This document shows, one piece after another, positions 11,263 to 23,345 of a stretch of 64,000 nucleotides of DNA. The notes below the pieces were generated by a model, which was not told where the DNA came from, did not search any database, and saw only the letters and a list, made by a program, of their open reading frames with translations. Made by a program: the position numbers and the translations under genes. Origin of the DNA: Heteronotia binoei (taxonomy: Eukaryota); the NCBI RefSeq assembly GCF_032191835.1, contig NC_083232.1:104966001-105030000 (forward strand), in the 5' to 3' direction. The stretch's first letter is position 1. Each line of letters opens with the position of its first letter.

Positions 11263-14200
11263 ATTCCCAAAACTTTGCCAGTAGCAGAACAAACAGGAGA
11301 AACTATGATGCAGAAGGCAGATTCTTTGTTCTTCTTCTGGCAGTGAATGTTCCGTCCGGACCAAGTGCCAGCCCTGGTCAGAGTTCAGCTTCTGTCTTCC
11401 CTACTTGCAAGCAGAGAGGCTTCCCTGCAGCCTGTGGTCTCCCTCCAGCTCAGCGTCCAATGGGGGAAGGTTCTGCCCACAGCAAAGGTGCTGGGAGTCG
11501 CTCCGGGGTCCAGTTGCTTGGTGGTTTCACAGCATCCCTGGCTGAAAGAGCAACTAGCTGGCCAGAAGGGGTCTTAGGTTTGTCATGCTGCTGTGGAAGG
11601 TGAGCTCTTTGGCATTTTGCCCTGCTCCACAAGCTCCACAAGCACCATGCTCCACAAGCACTTCCTCCAGGAATCCCCCAAGCCAGAGCTGGCAACCCTG
11701 TCAGCATGCCAAGAGTGCTCCCTGACCCCACCCCCAGCTAGCCAAGCCAAGCCAGGGCTGGTGCTGCTGACACAGGGTGCTGAGGAGGAAGAAGAGGAGG
11801 GCCCCTCCCTTTTTTGAAGGGGGTGGGAGGGGGGGGGTCGACATTTCATGCCTGAGGAAAAGTTGTGCTATTTTTGGTTGGTTTTAAATAACCAATTCCT
11901 TTTATTATCAGCACTTATATTCTACCTTTCTTAAGACAACTGGGTTGCAAATAAACAATGCAAAGCGCATGCACAACAATAAAGCAGCTGTACAATACAA
12001 CATGATTAAACACCACAGATTGATTTACCAAAAAAGGCCCTCCTAAAAAGTTCACTTTTACACAGTCTGGGCAGGACAAGCAGGTGTGTGTGTGTGTGGG
12101 GGGGGAACAACTACAGTGGCAGACTGGGTCTAAAAATATTGGTTGCCAGGAGACATAAGAAGCCCACCCACAACTTTAAGGCTATTCTTTAATTTTTATA
12201 AGAAATAAAAAAAAAATCAAAAATACGTAAGTGGAAAAAAGGTACAATCAAAACTTTTGCAAAATAAATGTGTATATATATTTTAGTAATTACAGTGTAC
12301 ATATATCGTACATATTATTCGTACATCGGTGCGAAGGGCGGGGTATAAATCCCAATATAAATAAATAAATAAATAAATTATTGGCAGTATACAGTAGATA
12401 CTAAATGTAAACACAGATTGCATTTTCTGCAGGGGAGCTGATCTCTGCCAACTGGAGATCAGTTGTAAAAGCAAGAGGTCCCCAGAGCCCACCTAAATAC
12501 AACATAAATTTTAGTTGCATTACAGTAATAATATTGGAACTTCTATTATATTTTCAAGCTACTAAAAGGACTTTAACATTTTTAACATATTGTCTAAAGT
12601 TTAAGGGGGGCCACTTCCTCAGGGGCTCACTTACCATTGGGCAAGCTGACCCCATGGCAGGTCCGCCATCGAGCAGCTTGGCCTGGCTTCCTCCAGCAAG
12701 TTGTTCTGCCCAGCAGGATATCCAGCCGGTCCCTCGCCAGGAGGGCTCCCCCAAAGGCCCTGCCTGCCCCAAGGGCTGGAGCTCCACAGGAGAGGGAGGC
12801 GGGCCCCAGGCCACGAAGGGCTCCTTTGCAAGGAAGAACCAGCCCCTGGACTGGATGCTGGAAACTAAATGGGGCAACCAAGGATGTGCTTGCAGATTGG
12901 GATAATAATGACGCAGGTTCTGCATTTGGATTTTCTTTTATGGCAAGCAGGAAGAGTCAGGTGGGTCTGGAGCAACAGAACAACATTTGAAGACCAACAC
13001 AGTTTGATTCAGGGTGTGAGCTTCTGTGGGTACGCACATTTCCTCAGATGCTGTGCAGACACCCAAAAGCATCTCACTCAAACTTTGTTCTCATCTTAAG
13101 CAGGATTAAGCAGCAGGGGTTAATGCACATTTGTAGAAAAATGAACCACTGAAAGAAATAAAGAATTGTTCAATTTCAGGGTCCTTCATTTTAAGTGTTT
13201 TGCAGGTGCCCACATCTTCCCTTCTTCCTCTCTCACTAGGGACCCTCATGGACCAAGTACCGACAAAACATCTGCTCCACTTCAACAGCCAAGTCTAAGT
13301 GCAAGGTCTGTGCTCTCTGGGCATGGCCTGCAGGCCAGCTGAGGACATCTCTGCAGGGCCACCCCCCTCTCTCACTCATTTCCCCCCTCTTGAAAAATGT
13401 ACAGAAAACTATACTGTGTGCAGAGTGCATTTCCGTCACCACAACTCCATTGTGCCTCGCATCCATTCAGCCTCCCGTTTCATGCAGTGGTCAGCCCAAT
13501 TACCTGGATAGCCAACAAACAAGGCACAGAGGCCTTCCCCTTGCATTGCCCCCCCCCCACAAAAGGGACGCTCAGAAGAGATTTCCTCTCAGCCTCCGAG
13601 GTGGAGACTTCCTTTTGCGAGTAGCCACTGATGGGCTCACTTTTTTACATGCGGGGGAGGCACAGGGGAATTCCGGGTAGTTTTCCCAAAAGGTCTCTCC
13701 CCGTTTTGAGGGGAGTAGAACAATGGGGAAATTTGGTGGGACCAAAAAAAGCCCTCCTCTAAGACATGTTCTCTTTTAGAATAATTAGCATGCTCCTTGA
13801 AGCCAGGGGTTTCACATTCAAAATTTACAATATAGAAAAGTCTTTCAATTTGTCCAACAAAAAAAAAAAGCTGAATTTTTTTGGGGGGTGGGAAACATTA
13901 AAAAATTGAAATATATCTTAAAATATATTTTTAGAGAAAAAAATTCTCTTTAGAGTTGAGAAAAACCTTGTACAAAGCATTTAACTAATTCCAAATATAC
14001 ATCTTTCTCTTTTTGTTCAGTGAAAATATTGGGGAATTTGGGGGAGCACAGCAAATTTAAAAACAAACAAACACTCTCTTATACTATGTAGACAACATTT
14101 CCTAGTTTGGTTTAAATGTAAATAATTTTGACAATGACTAATGCTGTCATGCATCTAATGATACATTACTAAACAATTCAGCATTTTCAATGTGATAAAG

Positions 14201-15674
14201 TTTAGCTGAATATCACAGTGTGCTATTTGTGACCACGGAAGAGTTTCTGTCTAAATAACTGTTTCTTTCGTTTACTCCCGAACTTGTTTTCTCCTTTCAA
14301 TTTTTATTTTTTCTGCAGCTGGCAAATACACATGTTATGGGAGCAAGAGTTTGCAACTCTTTTTCAACTCATGGGTATACTTTCAATTTTTTTTCTACAA
14401 AATCAGTTCCACTAATATGTCAAATAGTACAATTGTATGTTCTAACTAAGCTATAAATGGTACATTTCACCAGGTTTCATCAAAGAAATGTTGCTTTAAC
14501 AGGAAAGTATTATGTGCTGCAGTTTCACCCCAAATCTATTTTTATTTTTCCTAGAGGGAAAAAGGGGTTTTCTTCATGGCTACAAATTTTCTAGAATTGT
14601 TGCATCTGTCTAATTTCCTTTTAAACCACCAGTGTTTGTGTCCGGAGCAGCAAACCCCACCGTGGAATTCTTGGTTGGCTCTTTCGCATCTCTCCATCAG
14701 AGTTGCATCCTGGGAGCTCCCTGGGGTTGGAAGGACCCTCTGCTTGTTGGGGGGGGGGGGGGCAACCCCCCCCCCCCCAGTCCATCTTTGCCTCTGCATT
14801 GGGGAGGGGGGTTGCTGTGTATCTGATGTAAAATGGACTAATGTTTGGTTGGGTTTTTTTAAACAAAAATTATGGGTATAAATACTTGAAATGGGAATCC
14901 TTTCATTTCAGGTTAGACCAGACAATTTAACTTGTCACCCATTTGTACAGACACACACCAATATAATTTATTTACTTAGAGATTTCACATTCTGCTTTTT
15001 ATGATTAAGTAAAGTCTCAAAGAGGAATTTTTTAAAAAGATTATAATAAAATACTGATTGCACTTTAAGCAGCTAGAGCCTTCACTAGCTGGCAAAGAAA
15101 TTGGGTGCAAAAACACCAAAGTTATTTAGAGCCCTGGACAAACCAACCCTTAAAGAAAATAAACCCAAGAATCTCTCGTGAACCGGCTGCGCTGCTCTCC
15201 CCGCCGCCGCCCGCCGCCTTGGCCAGAGGGCTCTCTGCGGGAGCAGGACAGGGGCTGAGGCGGGAGGGGGACAGAAGGAGGACGACCTGCAACGCTTCTT
15301 AACCAACCCCCCTTTGTTAAAGATGGAGCCCCCCCCCCGCCCCGGCTTTGAAAGAGCGGCTGGTGCACCGATTGCAGAAGAGCGGGCAAATCCCTCAAAG
15401 GCAAGAGCACAGAGTAGAATCCTAGAATCCCGCAGTTGGAGGGGCCCTAAAGGCCATCTAGTCCAACCCCCTGCCCAACGCGGGATTGGCCCGGAGCCTC
15501 CCAGACGAGTGTCGGTCCCATGGCGGCCTAAAGACTGCCAGTGGCGGGCGGGATGGGGGGGCTCCCACCTCCTTCGGGAGCCGCCTCCCCTGCTGAAGGA
15601 CTCCGACCGTCACAGCTTGCCGCCCCCAGCAGCCGCCGCCGGCCTCTCCCTCCCGCCCGCGCCGGGGGACTGAC

Positions 15675-16200
15675 CGGGGTCGTCGTCGTCGCGGGGCACC
15701 TTGCGGAAGCAGTCGTTGAGCGAGAGGTTGTGGCGGATGGAGTTCTGCCAGCCGGCCTGGCTGCGGCGGTAGAAGGGGAAGGTGTCGGCCACGAACTGAT
15801 AGATGCGGGCCAGGGTGAGGCGGCGGCCGGGCGCGCTCTGCAGGGCCATGGCGATCAGCGCCGAGTACGAGTAGGGCGGCCGCACCAGCCGCAGCAGCTC
15901 CTCCGCCGGCCCGCCCAGCCCCAGCCCCGGCCAGCCCCCGCCCGCCTCCCCCAGCCCCGCCGGGACCCCCCCGTAGGGCAGGAAGCCCGCCCCCCCGCCG
16001 CCGCCGCCCCACGGGTAGCCCGCCGCCGGCCCGCACTCCAGCCCGTAGGCCCCCGACGGCGCCGGCGCAGCAGCAGGAGGGTAGGCGGCCTCGCTGCAGT
16101 AGACGGCCAGAGGAGGGGGCGCCTCGCGGGCCCTGCTGCTGGGCAGCCAAGCCCCAGGGCTGCCGTCGGGGGGCTGCCGTCTGTGGCTGCCGGCACTCAT
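15675..16200 (-). CDS. FOXI3-like: FoxI-subfamily forkhead transcription factor, coding exon 1 (FOXI3/FoxI1c-like)
   Basis: [20 protein letters not shown]...[26 protein letters not shown]. Ends at the conserved FoxI phase-1 intron (G|GTCAGT, donor 15674). The N-terminal REAP..LAVYC matches the EAPEMAVYC motif of FoxI1c/FOXI3. Paralog identity is uncertain. Confidence 0.9.
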
Positions 16201-16242
16201 CCCCGCCGCCGCCGCCGCCGCCTCCGCCGAGCCTGCTCGCCC

Positions 16243-16247
16243 TTATA
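16243..16247 (-). promoter_or_regulatory. TATA box of the FoxI gene
   Basis: TATAA on the minus strand, 43 nt upstream of the ATG, isolated in otherwise nearly pure GC sequence. Confidence 0.7.
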
Positions 16248-19200
16248 GCGGCCCGCGCTCGCCCGGCGCCCGCGGAGGGAGAAAGAGAGGGAGGGAGGGG
16301 CTCCGCGGCCGGCTGCCGCCCAGGGGCCGCCCCCCGCCCCTCCCCGCCCCATCCCGGGCCCTGCGGGGGAAGGAGCGGCTTCGACGGGAGCCCAGCAGCC
16401 CACCTGGCCAACCCTGCCCTGCGGCCGCGGGGGGTCCCTCTGTGTCCCGCCTCGGAGGCGGCTCGCTCGGGCTGGTGGCGCCGTCGGGCTTGCTTTCCAG
16501 GGCCGCTTTCCAAGGAGGACGGCCGCTGCCCGGGCTGGGAAAGACCCCTGGGCTCCACGCCCCCCCCCCCCCTCCTTCCAGCGTCCGCGCCAGGCAGGCA
16601 GGAAAGGCCCGCGTCGCCGCTGCCGTCGGAAGGCGCGCCCGAAGCCCTGCGGGGAGGGAGGGAGAGAGAGCTCCCCCGGGCAGCCGCGGGCAGGGGTGGG
16701 GAATAGAGAGGGGAGGAGGGAGCCAGCCGGCTCCCCGAGGGGAGCGCCGGGGCAGAGAAGCAGGCGGAGGTAGCCGCGGGAGTCCCCGCCGGGCCGGGGG
16801 CTCTCGCTGGCAGGGCAAGAAGTACGCCGACTGGCCCCGTCTTCCCTCCCCAGGCAGCGGGGGGGGGGGGGGGAAGCGTCCCGGAAGCCGTCGGTTTCCC
16901 CCGGGGAAGGTTCGGCTCGCGGTGATGGGGGGGGGGGGCAGCCGCGGGGGGGAGGGGGCTGGCTTTGGCAGGAGGGCGCTGGGGGGGGGGGCTCGATGTT
17001 AACTCCCTTCCCCTCCCCCCCGTCTGGCGGTGGTCCCTGGGTTTCCTCTGACCACCGGCTGGGCTGTCGAGGGGCGACGAGGCGTTGGGGCGCGCCAACG
17101 ACTGGGGGGGGGGGGGGGGTCGGCAGGCCGCAGGGTCTGGGCCCCCTTCGTCTTCGCAGGGGCTTTTTTGGCCGGCCAAGCAAGACGCGTAGGGCCCAGG
17201 CGGGGGGAGTGAGGGAGATTGGGGTCCTCCTGTCCCAGGGGGAGGGGTGGGGGGCTGGGGCAAGGCCTCCCGAAGAGCAGGCGGGTCTTCCTAGGGCCTA
17301 CGCCTCCCTCCCCCCTCCGGCCAGGTGCGCCTGAGCCGAGAGCGGCCTTCGGGGGACTGCAGGGCGCCCGCCTCCCCCAATCCCGCCCGTCCCGCAAAGG
17401 GCCGCCTCCCCAAGCCCCAAAGGCCACGGCCGGCCGTCCTGCCGTCCAGCAAGAGGGACTGGCGGCTCCTTTGCAGACTCCCCGGGAGCCCTGGAGAACG
17501 TGCGCCCCCGCCCCCCCCCAGCCCCTCGGCATTGCCCGGGCCCCAGACGCCCACGCCCTTCCCCTCCACCGCGACCTGCTTCTCCTCCTCCTCCTACTGC
17601 TGGGACAAGCCCCCTGCCATCTGGTGGGCCAGGAAAGGGGGGGGGGCTCCCAGGCCAGGCGAGCCTCTCCCCCTCTGGCGGGAACCTGGGGCTCAGTGGG
17701 CCGGCTTCCCAGGCAGCCCTGGGAGGGAGGGAGGCGCAAATGGGCCCTTTCCCTGTGTGCCCCCCAGCTTCTCCCTGGCACAGCCCAGACAGGGGGCTCA
17801 GATTGAAGGCCAGGCTGTCTCTCTGCAGCCCCTTTCCAAACCTCCCCCCCTTCCTCCTCCTGCCGCGGTGTGAGGGGGGGGGAGATGTTGGATAACCTGG
17901 AACTGCTGCCTGGGCTCCAGTGGCAGACGCCCACCTAGACTGCTCTTCCGGAGAGGAGAAAAGCCGCTTTGACCCCCCTCAGAATTGAAGAAATGGAATC
18001 TGTGGATATGGCTGGAAGAGGGAATAAAGGGCTTCCTCTCCCAGAAGCCCCCATCATGGAAGGCAATTGTGCCACTCAAAGAACTGTAGTTATCCCTTCT
18101 TTTAAAACTTATCCAGGGTTGTTGTGGCCTTGGGGAGACTATGGGATGCTTTGCATTTTGCAGACAAAAGCAGTGCTTGAGGATGAAGGCAGGAGTGGTG
18201 ACTTTGCTTGTGAAGGGAGAGAACTTTCCAGAAGCCTGGTTGAGGGAGGCAGCAGCCCCGGCCAGGGCCTGAGAGAGGGCAAGCAGCCCCTGAAGGAGAC
18301 CCTCAGACTTCCGATGCTCCAGAATCCAAAAACTGCAGCCTTGTCCATTTTTCCGCCTCCAAGCTGTACAGCGGAGAATAACCTTCCCGTTTCTAAGCCC
18401 TGCCCCTTCTCCTTCCCTTCCTGAAGCACCCTAGACGATGGTCTAGTATTGGGCGGGGGGTGGGGTTGGGAGGGAGGGAGCAGCTGCCCTTGAAGCCCCC
18501 CTGAGAGGAGAGGAGTTCTGGTAGAGGCACAACTGCAGTCAAGAGCTTTCTGCATCCTTCAGCCTGAACCTTTCCCAGGGTGAAAGTTGCCTTCGTCAGA
18601 CCCCAGGAGGAATGGAGGTGGCAGAATCCTTTTCTCCAAAGATCTTCTGACTAGAATCCGAGGGCTTGCGGGGGGGGGGGGGGCTCTCTTCTCCACAGAG
18701 GCCAAAACTCTGGTTGGCCTCAAAGGTGCTCCCAGCTGTTTGACTCATCCTGTGAATGGGGCGGGGGGGGCGGGGACAGGAAGGGAAGGGAAGAGCCAGG
18801 GCTTGGCTCTCGGGCTCAGGGTCATCCTGGCAATAGCCACTTGGGCCAGAAGAGCCGGGAGGGATCCCAGCGGTTTGGGAGGGGGACATAGAACAAGGCT
18901 CATTGGGGGAATGGGGGTGTGAACAAAGGAGGTGTGAATTTCCTGCATTGTGCAGGGGGTTGAACTAGATGAACCTGGAGGACCCTTCCAGCTCAATGTT
19001 TCTACTGCAGACCTGTCTGGCTTCCTTCTGAAACTTTCTGGATCGTGTCAGGGCTACAGATGTGGCCCCCATGACTTGTTGCCGCTTCTCTATGTTTGAA
19101 ACATCGCAGTGCTTGTTTTTTGGTGTATCTGAAGGGAGGCCGGGCCAGGGGGTCCAGGGTTGCTATGCAGAGGCAGCCAAGCACCTCGGCACGTCTCTGG

Positions 19201-19979
19201 CCCTGGAAGCCCCATGAAAAGTTGCTGCCAGCCCTGGATTACGCAAGACGAGCAGGTGCTCGGGGGGGCACGGAGGGAAGGGGGGCGCCACAGAGTCCCC
19301 TCCCCCGGCTCTCATGCCCCCAACTCTCACTGCCACACTGGACCCTAGCCGGGGGTTTTAGTAATTGTCCTTCTCTGCATGTCTAAAAAAATGTTTTCTT
19401 TGGCATGGTGAGTGGCTAAAGTAAAAGTTTTGTTTCACATCTATTTCTGTCTCCTGGTGTGACTGGGCCTGTCCGTCTGTCTGGCATAGCTGATTTGTGT
19501 CATGGACCCTGCAGCTCTTCATCTCATTAGTGATTTCATTGATTTTTTTTTTTTTTTGCATAAACAAAGTGAGTTTTAGCGAGCAAGGTGTTAATCTTTA
19601 TATCTGGACTGAGCAACCGCTGATCTACAAAAGACCACAGATTACTGTAAGTATAAAGAACAGTACAAAATATTGATAAAACGTCAGATAAAAGATGATC
19701 GGGCATCATGATGTTTGACCTTGAAGAGGAATCATTTTTCTCACTTGTTCCATTGCCTATGGCTGTGTATGAGAAAAGAGAGACCGGGGAACCACTGAGG
19801 GGGGGGGGGCAGCAAGGGCAAGTGGCTGGCTGGGCACCTCCGAGGGGCCCAACAATTAATATACAATTGACACACCAGTCTCGGAACCCTGTGTGGAGGC
19901 ACTTCAGACAGTCTGTTTCTCGGAGGACCACTGCTGAGTCTCTTGCCTAGTGGAGGGGAGGGGAGGGGAGTGCCATTTA

Positions 19980-22900
19980 GGAGGGAAGCCCCTCTCATGG
20001 ATTGCCGCCTTGATGTGGTGAGAGGGCTTGAGCAGTTCAGTGAGGCTGTGGGCTATGCCATGCAGGGGTACCCAAGATAAACAGGCCACAGCTGAGAACC
20101 CAGACAAAATGCGATCCACTGGAGAAGGAAATGGCAACCCACTCCAGTATCCTTGCCAAGAAAACCCCATGGACAGTAACAAAAGGATAAAAGATATGGC
20201 GCTGGAAGATGAGCCCCTCAGGTCAGAAGGTGCCCAATATGCTACTGGGGAAGAGCGGAGGGCAAGTCCAAGTAACTACAGAAAGTGAAGTGGCTGGGCC
20301 AAAGCCAAAAGGACACTCAGCTGTGGATGTGTCTGATAGTGAAAGAACAGTCTGAAACTGAAAAGAACAATACTGCATTGAAACATGGAATGTAAGATCT
20401 ATGAATCAAGGTAAGCTGGATGTAGTCAAACGAGATGGCAAGTCTGAACATCGACATCTTGGGAATCAGCAAACTAAAATGGACGAGAATGGGTGAATTT
20501 AACTCAGAGGATCACTACATCTATTATTGTGGGCAAGAGTCCCGTAGAAGAAATGGTGTGGCCTTTATAGTGAATGAGAGTGAGGAACGCAGTAATGGGA
20601 TACAATCTCAAAAATGACAGAATGATCTTGGTCTATATCCAAGGCAAACTATTCAATATCACAGTAATCGAAGTCTATGCCCCAACCACTGATGCAGAAG
20701 AGCCTGAAATGGACCAGTTCTATGAAGATCTACAACACCTTCTAGAATTAACACCAAAAAAAGATCTCATCATAGGGGACTGGAATGCCAAAGTGGGAAG
20801 TCAAAAGGTAACCGGAACAACTGACAAGTTTGGCCTTGAAGAACAAAATGAAACCGGGCAAAGGCTAATAGAGTTCTGTCAAGAGAACAAGCTGGTCATG
20901 GCGAATACCCTCTTCCAACAACCTAAAAGGCGACTCTATACATAGACATCGCCTGATGGGCAAATCAGACTGATTATATGCTCTGCAGTCAAAGATGGAG
21001 AAGCGCCTTACAGTCTGCAAAAACAAGACCTGGAGCTGACTGCAGCTCAGATCATAAGAACATAAGAGAAGCCATGTTGGTTCAGGCCAATGGCCCATCC
21101 AGTCCAACACTCTGTGTCACACAGTGGCAAAAAATTTTATATATACACACACACTGTGGCTAATAGCCACTGATGGACCTCTGCTCCATATTTTTATCTA
21201 AACCCCTCTTGAAGGTGGCTATGCTTGTGGCCGCCACCACCTCCTGTGGCAGTGAATTCCACATGTTAATCACCCTTTGGGTGAAGAAGTACTTCTTTTT
21301 ATCCGTTTTAACCTGTCTGCTCAGCAATTTCATCGAATGCCCACGAGTTCTTGTATTGTGAGAAAGGGAGAAAAGTACTTCTTTCTCTACTTTCTCCATC
21401 CCATGCATTATCTTGTAAACCTCTATCATGTCACGCCGCAGTCGACGTTTCTCCAAGCTAAAGAGTCCCAAGCGTTTCAACCTTTCTTCATAGGGAAAGT
21501 GTTCCAGCCCTTTAATCATTCTAGTTGCCCTTTTCTGGACTTTCTCCAATGCTATAATATCCTTTTTGAGGTGTGGCGACCAGAACTGCACACAGTACTC
21601 CAAATGAGACCGCACTATCGATTTATACAGGGGCATTATGATACTGGCTGATTTGTTTTCAATTCCCTTCCTAATAATTCCCAGCATGGCGTTGGCCTTT
21701 TTTATTGCAAACGCACAGTGTCTTGACATTTTCAGTGAGTTATCTACCACGACCCCGAGATCTCTCTCTTGGTCAGTCTCTGCCAGTTCACACCCCATCA
21801 ACTTGTATTGGTAGCTGGGATTCTTGGCCTCAATGTGCATTACTTTGCACTTGGCCACATTGAACCGCATCTGCCACGTTGACACCCACTCACCCAGCCT
21901 CAACAGATCCTTTTGGAGTTCCTCACAATCCTCTCTGGTTCTCACCACCCTGAACAATTTAGTGTCATCCGCAAACTTGGCCACTTCACTGCTCACTCCC
22001 AACTCTAAATCATTTATGAACAAGTTATAGAGCATGGGACCCAGTACCGAGCCCTGCGGCACCCCACTGCTTACCGTCCTCCACTGTGAAGACTACCCAT
22101 TTATACTCACTCTCTGCTTCCTATTACTCAGCCAGTTTTTGATCCACAAGAGGACATGTCCTTTTACTCCATGACTCTCAAGCTTTCTAAGGAGCCTTTG
22201 ATGAGGAACTTTATCAAAAGCTTTCTGGAAGTCAAGGTAAACAACATCTATCGGGTCACCTTTGTCCACATGTTTGTTTACCCCCTCAAAGAACTGTAAC
22301 AGGTTTGTGAGGCAAGATCTTCCCTTGCAGAACCCATGCTGAGTCTTCCTCAATAACCCGTGTTCATCAATGTGCCTACTCATTCTGTCCTTAATAATGG
22401 TTTCTTCCAACTTTCCCGGTATTGAAGTCAGCCTGACAGGCCTGTAATTTCCCGGATCTCCTCTGGAACCCTTTTTAAAGATGGGGGTGACATTTACTAC
22501 CTTCCAGTCCTCAGGAACGGAGGCAGATTTCAATGAAAGATTACAGATTTTTGTTAGAAGATCCACAAGTTCAACTTTGAGTTCTTTCAGAATTCTCGGA
22601 TGTATGCCATCCGGACCTGGTGACTTATTAGTTTTTAATTTGTCTATCAGTTGTAGGACCTCCTCTTTTGTCACCTCAATCTGACTCAGGTCTTTAAACA
22701 GCCCTTCCAAAATTAGTGGTTCTGGGGCGGGCAAAAAGTTCTCGTCTTCCACAGTGAAGACAGAGGCAAAAAATTCATTCAGCTTCTCAGCCATTTCCCT
22801 ATCCTCCTTCAGTAATCCTTTTACCCCATGGTCATCCAAGGGCTGCACTGCTTCCATGGCTGGTTTCCTACTTCTAATATATTTGAGATCATGAGGTATG

Positions 22901-23345
22901 CATTGCAAAAGTCAGGCTTAAACTGAAGAAAACTGGGGAAGCCATTAGGCCATTCAGGTTTGACCTTGATCACATCCCTTATGAATATACAGTGGAGGTG
23001 AAGAATAAGTTTAAGGAACTAGAGTTGATAGACAGAGTGCCTGAAGAACTATGGACGGAGGTTCGTGACATTGTACAGAAGGCAGCGATCAGCACCCTCC
23101 CAAAGAAAAAGAAATGCAAGAAAGAAAAGTGGCTGTCTGATGAGGCTTTACAAATAGCTGAGGAAAGAAGGAAAGCGAAAGGCAAAGATGAAAAGCAAAA
23201 ATTCACCCAATTGAATGCAGATTTTCAGAGAACAGCAAGAAGAGATAAGGAGGCCTTCCTGAAGGAACAATGCAAAGCAATAGAGGAAAATAACAGAATG
23301 GGAAGAGATGTCTTCAAGAAAATTGGAGAAATCAAGGAAACAAAA
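19980..23345 (+). mobile_element. RTE-BovB LINE 5' portion, degraded and split by CR1
   Basis: BovB-type 5' end (CCACTGGAGAAGGAAATGGCAACCCACTCCAG). Endonuclease peptides LNIDILGISKLKW, IIGDWNAKVG, GADCSSDH. Resumes at 22886 with MEVKNKFKEL... Confidence 0.88.
21056..22885 (-). mobile_element. 5'-truncated CR1 LINE (1.8 kb)
   Basis: RT ORF2 (YLDFQKAFDKV, PQGSVLGP, FADD) with one in-frame TAG at 22093-22095. (TTCTTATG) tail. Flanked by AGATCAT at 21049-21055 and 22886-22892. Confidence 0.95.

Larger units (their letters stand above)
15180..17900. promoter_or_regulatory. CpG island spanning FoxI exon 1 and promoter
   Basis: Very GC- and CpG-rich with many GC boxes and G/C runs, in contrast to AT-rich flanks. 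Boundaries approximate. Confidence 0.85.

Noticed and set aside
11344-11599. Plus-strand exon candidate with good acceptor and donor
   Set aside because: No recognisable product and no partner exons. Such site pairs arise by chance.
13440-13503. Acceptor TATCCAG|GTAATTGG as a degenerate FoxI exon 2 (G-NW...)
   Set aside because: Resemblance is limited to two or three residues, and the frame stops after about 22 codons.
17560-17625. Leu-rich signal-peptide-like stretch (DLLLLLLLLGQAP)
   Set aside because: Produced by a (CTC)n run. No suitable ATG, splice donor or downstream exon found.
15458-17934. Long ORFs (601, 328, 311, 235 aa) across the CpG island
   Set aside because: Pro/Gly/Arg/Ala low-complexity frames expected from stop-codon scarcity in very GC-rich DNA. 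Only the FoxI frame has recognisable homology.
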